From Thermodesulfovibrionales bacterium (GTDB lineage: Bacteria; Nitrospirota; Thermodesulfovibrionia; Thermodesulfovibrionales; SM23-35): a stretch of 64,000 nt of DNA. The stretch spans positions 2,008 through 66,007 of the forward strand of contig CAVSHJ010000022.1 of assembly GCA_963727725.1 (NCBI GenBank). The letters run 5' to 3'. Made by a program: the position numbers and the translations under genes. The notes under the pieces are model-generated. The model was given only the letters and a program-made list of their open reading frames with translations, was not told the DNA's origin and made no database searches. Positions 1 to 10,195 of this stretch are shown in pieces (positions within the stretch are counted from its first letter, which is position 1; each line of letters opens with the position of its first letter).

Positions 1-1351
1 TCTGGTCAATGATGCCGGTCACCGAGAGGATTCGGCATATCGAAGAATTTGCTGCGCGCGTGCAGGAAAAGAAGAGAGAAATAGTGCATCTGATAATGTG
101 GGAAATCGGTAAGTCCTATCAGGAATCGGAAAAGGAATTCGACAGGGCGATCTGCTATGTGGGAAATACCGTCAATGCGCTGAAGGACCTTGATCTCGTC
201 TCATCGCAGTTTATAGTGGAACAGGGGATAATAGGACAGATAAGGCGGTCGCCGCTGGGTGTGGTCCTCTGCATGGGCCCGTTCAATTATCCCCTGAATG
301 AGACTTTTTCCACCCTGATTCCCGCACTCCTCATGGGTAATACCGTTGTCTTTAAGCCACCGAAGCTCGGGGTACTTCTGCATTATCCACTGTTGGAGAT
401 CTTCCGGAAATCTTTTCCTGCCGGGGTTGTCAATACGGTTTATGGAGACGGCAGGAGGATTATCACTCCCCTCATCACTTCAGGGAAGATCGATGTCCTG
501 GCTTTTATCGGATCGAGCAAGGTTGCGGAGCTGTTAAGAAGTCAACACCCGAAACGCTCACAGGCTCCGTTCCGTCCTCGGTCTTGAGGCGAAGAACTCC
601 GGGATTGTTCTTGCCTGATGCGGATATTGATATCGCAGTACAGGAGTGCGTTGCGGGCAGCCTGTTATTCAACGGCCAGCGGTGTACCGCCCTGAAGATA
701 TTGTTTGTACATCCGCGGGTCATCGGTCCGTTTCTTCAGAAGTTCGTGGATGCGGTTGGCAGGCTGAAAGTAGGGATGCCATGGGAGAGGGATGTCACCA
801 TTACTCCACTGCCCGAGCCGGAGAAGACAGAGTATCTGACGGGACTTCTGGAGGACGCCCGGCGGCACGGCGCCAGAATAATCAACAAAGAGGGAGGGGC
901 GGTCAACAGGACTTTCTTTTATCCTGCTGTGGTCTATCCTGTTAATTCTGAAATGAGATTATATCGTGAAGAGCAGTTCGGTCCTGTGGTACCCATAGTG
1001 CCGTACGACGACATTGAAACGCCGATAAAATATGTTATCGAATCCAGTTACGGGCAACAGGTGAGCATATTCGGAAATGATGCGGGCACGATTGCAAACC
1101 TGGCTGATGTTCTCGTGAACCAGGTGTGCAGGGTCAATATAAACAGCCTCTGCCAGCGGGGCCCCGACATATTCCCGTTTGCCGGCAGAAAGGATTCCGG
1201 AGAGGGAACTCTGTCCGTGTCGGACGCCCTGCGCGTGTTTTCGATCAGGACAATCGTTGCAACAAAGGACGTAGAAGCAAACAGAAAGATACTCAGGAGA
1301 ATTATTGAAGAGAGAAAGTCGAATTTTCTGTCAGCGGATTTTGTGCTTTGA
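1..1351 (+). CDS. gapN: NADP-dependent non-phosphorylating glyceraldehyde-3-phosphate dehydrogenase (ALDH family); 5' end outside window, frameshift near 550-590
   Basis: ORFs 9..587 (PFNYPLNE, FKPP, FIGSS) and 584..1351 (FNGQRCTA catalytic Cys, EEQFGPV, FPFAGRKDSGEG) are consecutive halves of one ALDH. Confidence 0.85.
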
Positions 1352-1352
1352 A

Positions 1353-2630
1353 TTATAATTCACCTGTGGCATATTGCACGCGGATTCTTGCCAGTACTGC
1401 GTCATAGACAGCATTGTAATAATTACTGTGGCTGCGGGTCCGGAGGGTCTCCGCATCGAGGACCTCTGTATTTGTTCCGACGCCTTCACGGTAGCGGTCA
1501 TTTGTTACTCTAAGGTTCTCCTCCGCCTGTGCCAGGGCGTCGTGGGTAACCTGTATGCGCTTGAGGGTTTCATCCAGATCGAGCCACGCCTGACGAACCT
1601 GGAGGGTTATCACAGAGGCGGCATCAGCGCGCAGATCCACCAGGGCGTCCGCTTTCTGGAGCAGGGCATTTGCATTATGTCTGGCTACGCCGCCGTCGAA
1701 GATGTCCCATTTCAATCCCATCACAGCCGACCATAGACCCTGAAAGACCATATATTTGTTCTGCTGGTAGTTGTAGCCGCCTGAAAGCTCAATCTGGGGG
1801 TAGACTGACGAACGCGTGCCCGCAGCCTGGTATTCCAATGCCTTTGCCTGTTCCGACAAGGTGGCCAGTTCAGGACGTTTCTTGAGGGCATCCGACGTCA
1901 GTTCCGGTAAATCTTTCTTGATCGGCTGCGCTGAAATGTCGTCTATCTTTACCTCCTGATCGAGAGGCCTGCGCTAACAGCCGGTTGTACGCCGCCCGCG
2001 CGAGATCAAGGTTATTCTGACGCCTGAAGCAGCCGCTGGCGCGCGTCTGCAAGTGAAACCTGCGATGCGAGAAGGTCGTTCTTCGTGACAACTCCCTGCT
2101 CATAGAAGTTCGCCACATCTTTCTCGTGAGCCGAGAGGCTTGCAACATTACTCTCTGCGACATCGACTAGACGTTTTGACCGCAGCACATCTACATAGGC
2201 TTGAGCCACATTCAATTTCACATCAAGCACTGTCTTTGCTTCGTCATGAGCAGATGCATTCAGTTCAGCGCGTGCGGCATCGATGCCGTTGCTGATGAGC
2301 CCGCTGGTATAAATCGGGAAAGTCGCTGTCGTATTGAAGGAAAAGCTCTTGTCTTCTGCGCTCGGGTATTTCATGGATCGGAAACGCGGAGCCGATAAGG
2401 CGTGCCGCAGGTGAATGGTTCAGGATCGTATAACCACTCCCCATACCGAGGGAAGGAAGGCGCGCGGCCTTTGCCGCGGCAAGCGTCTGTTCATAAGATC
2501 CTGTGGTCTTACGGCTCGCCTGCACGCGGTTATCGACGGAAAGCGCTATTTTCCATGCGTCTTCGAGCGTCTCTGCAAAAACCGGCGAGGATGTGATCAA
2601 GAGGAGGAGAAGAATAAGGAGTGAAATGTT
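1353..2630 (-). CDS. TolC-family outer membrane efflux protein, split by several frameshifts
   Basis: Fragments 2265..2600 (signal peptide, TLEDAWKIAL), 2012..2374 and 1353..1859 (RYREGVGTNTEVLDAE) are in OEP domain order; start approximate. Confidence 0.8.
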
Positions 2631-2801
2631 CTTAAGCGAAACGACGCGCTTTACTCCTGTGCAATATGTGAAAATTCCTGCGGCTCAGGAAATTATGCTC
2701 TCCGAGAAATAGCAATATGTGTCTCCTTTATCCTGTAAAGTCTAAAGAACAATCCGAATCATTGTCAATATTTTCTCGTTCGAATGACCTGTCACCCGAG
2801 A

Positions 2802-4599
2802 TCATCTCAGTTTTCCGAGCCTGGCCGCCAATTGTGTGGTTTCCCGCAATAAAGTTTCGACTTCATCAAGACCCTTTTCCCAGAAGTTTTGGTCCGTGAT
2901 ATCGACTCCCAGTCTGGAAAAAATATTTCTCGGGGAATCCGATAATCCCGCCGACAAAAACTCTTTGACCTTTTCGATAAATCGGGGGTCTTCTTTTACG
3001 GATTTCTGCAGGGACTTTGAGATGAGAAGGCCGCCGGCATAGGAATACACGTAGAAAAAACTCCGGATATGGCTCCAGTGGACCCACCAGTTCTCTGAGC
3101 CGGGAGACTGTTCAACAGAATCCCCCATGTATGCCGACATGTGCTTGCGGAACAACCCGCCGATTTCCTCCTTTGATAAATAACCCTTCTGCCTGAATAG
3201 CGGATGAAGTTCCTGCTCGAACATATAGCATGCCACCTGTCTGAATATTGTCGAGACCTCGTCGTTCAGTTTCATCATCATTAGGGAGAGCCTCAACTCG
3301 TCGTCGGCCTTCTTGAGTATCTCCTGAAGCACAAAATCTTCCATAAAGGTACTCGCGACCTCAGCTGTGGAAACGGGCGTACCGAAATTCACGGCGTTCT
3401 GCTTCTCCCTGATCAATTCGTTGTTTATTCCATGACCCAGCTCGTGTGCCAGGGTCAGGACATCGTTGAGCCTGTTCGTGTGGTTGAGGAGTATATATGT
3501 AGGCTGGGAAATCAGGTGATGCGCACAAAAAGCACCGCTCACTTTTCCTTTTCTCGGATAGACGTCGAACTGACCATTTTTTATAAATGCGTCCAGGATT
3601 TCGACAAACTTGCCGTCAAGATTCTTAAATACCTGAAGGACGAGTTTCAGCGATTCATTATAGCTGAATTTTTTGCTCACATTTCCATATTCCACACTTC
3701 TTTCGTGGTACTTCAACTTCTTAACCTTAAGGAGTCTTGCCTTCAGTCCATAGTACCGGGAAGAGATATCGAATCTCCCGGATACCGCTTTCAGCAGGGT
3801 GTCGACAATCTCAGTGTCTATATCGTCACCGATGTGCCTGGTAAGGTCAGGCCTCGGTATCCGCCGGAGTTCATCATCCACTTTCTTGTTCGACAGCACG
3901 GAATTTATTTCCGTCTCCGCCACATCTGCGTGCATGCTCAGGATATCATTAAAAGCTCTGGCTGCCGAATTCCTCACTCTTCTGTTTCTGCTGTTCATCA
4001 GACTCAGTATCTCCGAAAAAGTCTTCGTCCCTTTTTCGCCGTCCTCGGAGAATAACTTCTCTTTCCTCTTTCGCAAGAAAACCCGAAGTCATCTTTACCC
4101 AGTTGGAATGAGATGTGGGAGTCTTGAGGTTGAGTATTATCTCTTCAGGTTCACTCAACAAATATTTTGACTCCGCAAAGATGCGTTCAAGGTAATGGCT
4201 GTAGTTCCTTAAGGCGTCGTGATCGAGAAACTTCTTCCGTTGTTCTTCAGGTATTTTTGCAATGCGGAGATAGAAGAACTGGATATCATTTTCGATCCTC
4301 TTGCTGAACTGTTCGACCTTGTTGAACTTCGCCTTGAGGTCCGGGTCATTCTGGTCCTGGGTTGTCCGAAGCCAAAAATAATACCCTTCGTCACCGTCAG
4401 TTCCGCAATCTCTCTTCCACGCCTCATATTCGTCCAGGGCTTCTTTGAGGATGAGCGGGTCTTCCAGGTAATCGCTGCGGTCTTTCCATTTATTGATGAA
4501 CGCATAACTTCTCTCCCGGACGGCCTTTCTTCTTTCTTCCATTGCAGGGTCATTGTCGCCGGAAAAGAGTTTTCCGAGATTCCACGTGATATGTTTCAT
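2802..4599 (-). CDS. pepF: M3B oligoendopeptidase F, frameshift near 4050-4075
   Basis: MKHITWNLGKLF start at 4599; RKGKVSGAFC, LAHELGH (HExxH), TAEVASTF, FYVYSYA in ORF 2802..4076. Confidence 0.85.
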
Positions 4600-4766
4600 T
4601 TGACTCCTTTCACCATAAGTTCTTTTTGTGAAGAGTGATGAAGTACATATTTTCCGCAGGGGCAAAGCCGGCAGAACTATATATAATAGCACCGGAGGGT
4701 GGATTAATTCACGACTTCAAGCACTTTTCTGTTACTAAGGAGTTCATAAGTAAGATCACATCACTC

Positions 4767-4859
4767 GTCATTCCCGCGAAGGCGGGAATCCATTTGAGGA
4801 ACCAAATTCCCGTTTTCATGTGAAACCCTGGATGCCCGACTAAGTACCTCGGGCATGAC
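4767..4859. repeat. REP-like palindromic element
   Basis: GTCATTCCCGCGAAGGCGGGAATCCA...TGGATGCCCGACTAAGTACCTCGGGCATGAC: two hairpins with complementary ends; related copy at 34699-34779. Confidence 0.7.
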
Positions 4860-4946
4860 GAATAAAATTTTGTGTTTCTTTACTTATGACCCTATTAGCA
4901 GGTAGCGGACATTGGTCGAGAAACCGTGGCAGACAATTCTCAGTTG

Positions 4947-5405
4947 TTACTCTTTTGCGTAAAGCGCGTCGAGCGAACTCTTCGGAGCGTTCTGCATATT
5001 CCTGAGAACATGTGTATAGATCATCGTGGTTTCAACGTTTTTGTGGCCAAGGAGGTCCTGCACTTCCCTGATATTGACACCAGCTTGCAATAAGTGGGTA
5101 GCAAAACTATGGCGGAGTGTGTGAACAGAGCCGTGTTTGACTATCCCCGCTTTGCGCACAGCTATCTTCACGGCGTTCTGGATCGCAGTATCGCTGATAT
5201 GGTGTCTGGCTATCTTTCCACTGCGCGGATCAACAGATAGCTTTGCCGATGGGAAGACATATTGCCATGCCCACTCCTTTCCGGCCTTTGGATACTTACG
5301 GCTCAGGGCATCCGGCAGGAAAACCTCCCCACGCCCTGCTGCAAGGTCTTTCTCATGGAGGGATTTAACTCCCTTAAGATGTTCCTTTAACCGATCCCTC
5401 CGTAC
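4947..5405 (-). pseudogene. intI: Integron integrase, C-terminal part only (5' end deleted)
   Basis: Open frame 5405->4947 reads [79 protein letters not shown]. It includes the IntI-specific insertion; there is an in-frame TGA at 5408-5406 and no N-terminal half. Confidence 0.9.
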
Positions 5406-5450
5406 TCAGAATGTGCTATCATTTAGCCGTGCGCTAAACAAAAACCAATT

Positions 5451-5472
5451 TGATATAGTAATTGTTCTACGT
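5451..5472 (+). other. Possible attI recombination site
   Basis: TGATATAGTAATTGTTCTACGT, with a GTT triplet at 5464 between divergent intI and the first cassette ORF; imperfect GTTRRRY match. Confidence 0.35.
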
Positions 5473-5500
5473 AATAAATAGAAATTAAGACAACCCAAAG

Positions 5501-6676
5501 ATGATGGATTACACAGCTTTTATAAAGGAATTCTCAGAACACTGCGCCTTTGAGGCGTTTTATGAAAAAGGTATTACGCCAGACGAGATAAGAGCATCCA
5601 TAATTAAGACGTTTGAACCCTATTTTGAAGACCAAGAAAGACTGAAAGAATATGCAATGCTGTGGTTAATCGGTGGTTGGGTTAACTTTTCGAAATATAA
5701 AACGAATCAATGGCACTTTGACAAATTTGAAAAATGCCTGGCTTTTCTGAATCAGGCGAAGAGTCGAAATATTCCATGCTGTAACATCTTTGCGGAGTGG
5801 CTTCCAGAATTCAACCAAGGCCTTTCAAAATTCTGGAGTTTCAGAAAATTGTCACAGGACTTGGAAAAATTAGATGATGAAGAGTTCTTAGAAGAAAGTT
5901 TAAAACTGATCGGTCAGATAACGGAAGGCATAACGAAAGCATATTTGAGATGCCTGCTGCATATAAGCAGGCTTTCAAGGGGGCAGCAGGTTAGCAAACA
6001 GGAAATTACAAATCTCGATTTGGGCATTGTGGTTGACGAATTAATAAGAAATACCAATTTCTCCGAATTATTTTCTCCCCCACCGTGGAATATTAAATTA
6101 AGTCAGTGGCGAAATATCGCATATCACCACAATGCAAGACTCGACAACAATAATTTTCTTTGTTGGTACGGGAAAGAACCGAATATCCGGACATGTACGC
6201 TTAGCCGAGACGAACTACTTTGCGCAGTGCGGTCTATTGTTAATATCTATAACACATTCAAGAACGTTGAATTAATTTTTGTCTTTGACAACTTGCCTGA
6301 ATACCAGGCGGCGCTCAACAAAGCTGGTATGGTGGATACGACGTTGCGAGAAGAAGCGGGTATTCTCGACCTCTTCGCCGGTATAAATTCCCAAGGCTTT
6401 AAAATTGTCGATTTCTCTAAGGACACAAGCGGCTGCAAGTTAACAGTTCAAGATCTGACTGATGATGAGGTTAAGAGACGAGCTATTCACTCCTCCCAAT
6501 TTCTTTATTCTTTGTGGTTCTATACTCAATCGCCTCAAATGAGCGTTGAGTATAGATTAAAAAATGGAAAGCCGTATCTGATTTCTAGCACAAATAAAGA
6601 TGTTTGTGAAAAAATCGGTAATAATGAACGCGGCATAGAATATCTCGCGGAAAAAGTCGAATTTAAGTTCATCTGA
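5501..6676 (+). CDS. Hypothetical integron cassette protein (391 aa) with an RX4H (HEPN-like) motif
   Basis: Long AT-rich ORF divergent from intI and followed by an R''-like box; contains WRNIAYHH. Confidence 0.75.
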   Translation: MMDYTAFIKEFSEHCAFEAFYEKGITPDEIRASIIKTFEPYFEDQERLKEYAMLWLIGGWVNFSKYKTNQWHFDKFEKCLAFLNQAKSRNIPCCNIFAEWLPEFNQGLSKFWSFRKLSQDLEKLDDEEFLEESLKLIGQITEGITKAYLRCLLHISRLSRGQQVSKQEITNLDLGIVVDELIRNTNFSELFSPPPWNIKLSQWRNIAYHHNARLDNNNFLCWYGKEPNIRTCTLSRDELLCAVRSIVNIYNTFKNVELIFVFDNLPEYQAALNKAGMVDTTLREEAGILDLFAGINSQGFKIVDFSKDTSGCKLTVQDLTDDEVKRRAIHSSQFLYSLWFYTQSPQMSVEYRLKNGKPYLISSTNKDVCEKIGNNERGIEYLAEKVEFKFI

Positions 6677-6704
6677 AAATGGCAAAAAACACGATAAACG
6701 TTCA

Positions 6705-7856
6705 ATCGGGTAGCCGGGGGTAGTTAGCCCCCAGCCCCCACACCACCCATCGTACGGGTCCGTAATGGGCGGTTCGCAGAAATCATCGGGCCTTAGCCGG
6801 ATAGTGAATCTGAATCCACAGTGTACGGATAGAAACAAGCCCCTCCTTTTCAAGATACCCATTGGACAACCCACAATTCGTTGACAATGTCTTTGCAAGA
6901 TGCCAGTAGCTTTTCCTGCTCAGCCCCGTCAGTATCGCCTGATACCTTGGAGAACCAAGCTGAATAAGATTACCGATACGTCTTCTTGCCCTGCGCCACT
7001 GTTTCCAGTAGCACATGCGGGTGCGCCTGCGCAGCCAATGATCAAACTCAACCGCGTCGTTGTACTTCATCCCGACCCCGAAATAATTCATCCATCCGTG
7101 GATGTAGAGACGAAGGGATGCATACCGGTATTGCATGGACACACCCCAACTGCGACCAGTAAGGCGACGCAACCGGGTCTTGAATCCATTGACGGCTTTC
7201 TCAGTGACAGTAAGTTTCATCCTTTTGAATGTGAAACCGAGGAAGGCACTGTCCTGAGCACGGACAACTTTACTTTTGTCCCTGTTGACCTTTACCTTGA
7301 GCTTTTCCTCAAGGAATCGGCTGATACTTGCCATCACACGATGACCGGCACGTTCCGACTTTACCAGTATCGTAAGATCATCCGCGTAGCGTGCGAACCG
7401 ATGACCGCGTTTTTCCAACTCCTTATCGAGGTCATCAAGAAGAATATTACTCAACATTGGCGAAAGAGGGCCGCCCTGAGGCACTCCCATTGCAGTGGCG
7501 TTCAGCCTTCCGTCGACGACAACGCCGGCGCGAAGGTATTTCCCGATAAGGCGAAGAAGACCTTTGTCCCTGACGCGGCGGGAAACCCGGCTCATCAGAA
7601 TGTCGTGATCGACCGTATCGAAGAACTTCTCAAGGTCGATGTCCACGGCATAGTGGTATCCTTCACGAATATCCTTCAATACCTTGTTCACCGCCTGATG
7701 CGCCGAACGGTTTGGCCTGAAGCCGAAGCTGCATTCTGAGAAATACGGATCGAATACAGGGGTGAGAACCTGAGAGATCGCCTGTTGAATCACACGATCC
7801 ATGACAATGGGTATCCCGAGTTCACGGGTTCCACCGTTGTCCTTCGGAATCTCTAC
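6705..7856 (-). mobile_element. Group IIC (attC-type) intron, 5'-truncated
   Basis: The minus strand after the RT stop gives DV GAACCGCCCATTACGGACCCGTACGATGGGTGGTGTG (CGC triad) and DVI CTGGGGGCTAACTACCCCCGGCTACCCGAT, ending in AT at 6705. RT similarity stops at ~7856, so domains I-III are missing. Confidence 0.85.
6783..7856 (-). pseudogene. ltrA: Group II intron reverse transcriptase/maturase lacking its N-terminus
   Basis: VEIPK..GTRELGIP, SFGFRPNRSAHQA, DIDLEKFFD, GVPQGGPLSP, RYADD and a maturase X domain; no endonuclease domain; RT0 region absent. Confidence 0.85.
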
Positions 7857-7962
7857 AGTGGATATCAAAGACAAGAGGATTCCCAAATTGATTAACGGTA
7901 GGTATTTTTTGAAGGTCGCTTATCAAGACGCCAATGAGCTCTGGTACAAACTGAAATGAATA

Positions 7963-8023
7963 GCGTACACACTGCAATCAACCCGATTCGGCTTCGCCTC
8001 TCGGGTTATCTAGGAGGTTACAC
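7963..8023 (+). other. attC site (degenerate R'')
   Basis: GCGTACAC..ATCAACCCGA-loop-TCGGGTTAT..GTTACAC: L''/L' arms pair with one extra C, and the site ends in a GTT-initiated R' box. Confidence 0.65.
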
Positions 8024-8037
8024 CGCAAAACAATCAA

Positions 8038-8066
8038 TTGACAGGAACGCAAAACCACGGTATGAT
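8038..8066 (+). promoter_or_regulatory. sigma70 promoter of the toxin-antitoxin cassette
   Basis: TTGACA (8038-8043), 17-bp spacer, TATGAT (8061-8066); GGAGG RBS before ATG 8092. Confidence 0.8.
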
Positions 8067-8091
8067 ATAAAGTAATACCGGAGGTGCTTTT

Positions 8092-8334
8092 ATGGGCAAA
8101 ACAAAAATTGCAATAACATTGGATGAAGAGTACATTGATCAGCTGGACACGTTTGTTAGTAAACATATTTTTCAAAATCGCAGCCAGGCTATTCAGGAGG
8201 CTGTAAAGGAAAAACTTGCACGGATAAAACGCACCCGTCTTTCAAAAGAATGCGCGAAGCTTGATCCGACCTTTGAAAAGGCAATTGCGGATGAAGGATT
8301 AACTGAGGATCTGAGCCAATGGCCCGAATACTAA
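8092..8334 (+). CDS. CopG/ribbon-helix-helix antitoxin
   Basis: KIAITLD..IDQLD..FQNRSQAIQEAV RHH pattern, acidic C-terminus, overlaps the toxin start. Confidence 0.85.
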   Translation: MGKTKIAITLDEEYIDQLDTFVSKHIFQNRSQAIQEAVKEKLARIKRTRLSKECAKLDPTFEKAIADEGLTEDLSQWPEY

Positions 8335-8657
8335 GGGGCGACATTCGATGGGCTGATTTGAATCCTGTGCGGGGCCGCGAGCAAGCGGGCCTACGGCCTG
8401 TTTTGATTTTAAGCCAGGATATTTTTAATGAACGGTCGGGGACGGTTATTGCCGTGGCTCTAACCAGTCAGCCTCAGAAAGCGGGATTTCCTCTTACCCT
8501 TGAATTAAAAACCTCTAATTTACCTAAAGAGTCGTGGATAAAAATAAGCCAGATTCGGACGCTTTCCGTTGAGAGAATTGGAAAAATAATCGGAAGGGCT
8601 TCTCCTGAGGAAATAGAACAGGTCGTTGAAGGACTGAATGAGATAATAGGTCCATAA
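8319..8657 (+). CDS. mazF: PemK/MazF-family endoribonuclease toxin
   Basis: RGDIRWADLNPVRGREQAGLRPVLILS, SQIRTLS..RIGK. Confidence 0.9.
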   Translation: MARILRGDIRWADLNPVRGREQAGLRPVLILSQDIFNERSGTVIAVALTSQPQKAGFPLTLELKTSNLPKESWIKISQIRTLSVERIGKIIGRASPEEIEQVVEGLNEIIGP

Positions 8658-8710
8658 CAAAATCATTCGCGCGGACTTCCTTTTTACTACGCCGCACAAA
8701 TAATGCGAAA
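8652..8710 (+). other. Degenerate attC after mazF
   Basis: CCATAAC overlaps the stop codon, then AAAATCATTCGCGCGG...CCGCACAAAT; the GTT of R' is missing. Confidence 0.4.
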
Positions 8711-8711
8711 T

Positions 8712-8746
8712 AAAAACTCCCCGCTCTGCGAGCGGGGAGTTGATTT
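8712..8746 (-). terminator. Rho-independent terminator (OmpA gene; possibly bidirectional)
   Basis: Perfect 12-bp stem AACTCCCCGCTC-TGC-GAGCGGGGAGTT with a minus-strand T tract. Confidence 0.8.
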
Positions 8747-8774
8747 CAAGTTGTTTAAAGGTTTTTCAAACGCC

Positions 8775-9467
8775 CTAATCAGCCAGGATCAGAATCTCTA
8801 CCCTCCTGTTCATAGCTCTGCCTTCCGGCGTCTTGTTTGATGCGATAGGATTTGATTCACCATACCCGACCGTCGAAATCCTTCTTGCGGCAATGCCGGC
8901 CTCTTTCACAAGATATTTCTTAGTGGCCGCCGCTCTTCTCCTGGAAAGACCAAGGTTATATTTGTTGGTCCCCACAGAATCTGTATAGCCTTCGAGTCTG
9001 ATCTTGGCTTTCGGATATTTCTTAAGAAATTCTATTGCCTTTTTTAACTCTGTCTGGTCCGCCTCCGTTATTTTCGATTTGTTAAAGTCAAAATTAATCG
9101 TCAGGGTGAATCTGTCGATAACTTTGCCGATATGTTTAGGAAGCGCTTTCGGATGTGCGGGACAGAGGGCATCCGCCTTCTTCCTGGCTTCCATCGCGAT
9201 GGCTATCCCTTCTTTTGTCCTGCATGACAGATATGTGTCATATGCCATCCTTTTCAGGTCTTTTGCTGCACGATATTCAACAGGACACCTTTTGTTTTTA
9301 CCTGCCTTATGCGCATGAGCAACAGCCCGGTCTGCCGACACCAATTCTTTAGGATAATACCACACACCTCTCTTAGGTGCGAACTCCATTCCGGCGCAGC
9401 CGACAAGGAACAGGAAAGATAAAAGGGTCAGGGAAACAGAGAGTCTTTTGAAAATCAGCATATGCAT
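8775..9467 (-). CDS. OmpA-family lipoprotein
   Basis: Lipobox LVGC; C-terminal OmpA domain (INFDFNKS, EGYTDSVG, NLGLSRRRA, GYGESNP, NRRVEI). Confidence 0.9.
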   Translation of the reverse strand: MHMLIFKRLSVSLTLLSFLFLVGCAGMEFAPKRGVWYYPKELVSADRAVAHAHKAGKNKRCPVEYRAAKDLKRMAYDTYLSCRTKEGIAIAMEARKKADALCPAHPKALPKHIGKVIDRFTLTINFDFNKSKITEADQTELKKAIEFLKKYPKAKIRLEGYTDSVGTNKYNLGLSRRRAAATKKYLVKEAGIAARRISTVGYGESNPIASNKTPEGRAMNRRVEILILAD

Positions 9468-9679
9468 CTTTACACCTCCTTGTTAAGAAAAGTAGTACTG
9501 GGAACGAAGCAAGAGAAAAATCGGACGACTTTATCCATATACCACCCCCCTTTTGGTAAAAAATACTTTGTTGAACACGTTACGCAAAAGATTATATCAT
9601 ATCTTTCAGGGAAACAAACTTAAATTATTTTTGGTGCAGACAAAGTCCCGTGAAGTTGTGAATATCCTCAGGAGGGAAT

Positions 9680-10114
9680 ATGAATTACCAGATAGGGAAG
9701 ACAGGGCGGGTTGCGGTAGCAAGATTTGAGGACGGCGAGAATATACTTGAGAGTATTGTGGACATAGCAAAAAAAGAGGATATCAGGCGCGCAGTATTTT
9801 ATCTCATCGGCGGGATAAAGCGGGGAAGGGTTGTTGTCGGTCCGGAGGAAGAGAAGTTGCCTCCGGAACCCGTGTGGAAAGACATAGCTGAAAGCCATGA
9901 GATTTTGGGCATAGGCACGCTTTTCCCGGAGGGAGACGAACCTAAGATCCATTTTCACGGGGCATTCGGGAAAAAAGAGATGGTGAAAGTGGGCTGCCTG
10001 AGAGGAGCATCAGAAACCTTTCTCGTCATCGAGGCTATCATTACCGAGATAGTCGGAATTGATGCGAGGAGGGAACTTGATGAGGCATCCGGGTTGTCTC
10101 TCCTGAAGCTGTGA
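9680..10114 (+). CDS. PPC/DUF296 domain protein
   Basis: RFEDGENILESI, HEILGIG, PKIHFHG..G.L. Confidence 0.8.
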   Translation: MNYQIGKTGRVAVARFEDGENILESIVDIAKKEDIRRAVFYLIGGIKRGRVVVGPEEEKLPPEPVWKDIAESHEILGIGTLFPEGDEPKIHFHGAFGKKEMVKVGCLRGASETFLVIEAIITEIVGIDARRELDEASGLSLLKL

Positions 10115-10195
10115 GGACAGTCGGGGTTGAGATAAATACGCCGGGAGATATAAAATATAAAATTAGGAAACAGGAATTAAGGAGGTAATGCCATT

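Noticed and set aside
4947-5171. Second XerC/D or phage integrase
   Set aside because: The upstream in-frame sequence carries the IntI-specific insertion; the real xerC is at 26837
6900-7739. 279-aa + strand ORF
   Set aside because: Antisense shadow of the intron RT with no recognisable motifs
6783-7886. RT as a retron, DGR or CRISPR-associated RT
   Set aside because: It has a maturase domain and adjacent DV/DVI; no template/variable repeat pair, msr-msd or cas genes were seen
9470-9540. 22-aa uORF (MDKVVRFFSCFVPSTTFLNKEV) upstream of the OmpA gene
   Set aside because: Too short, with no motif or attenuator structure to support it
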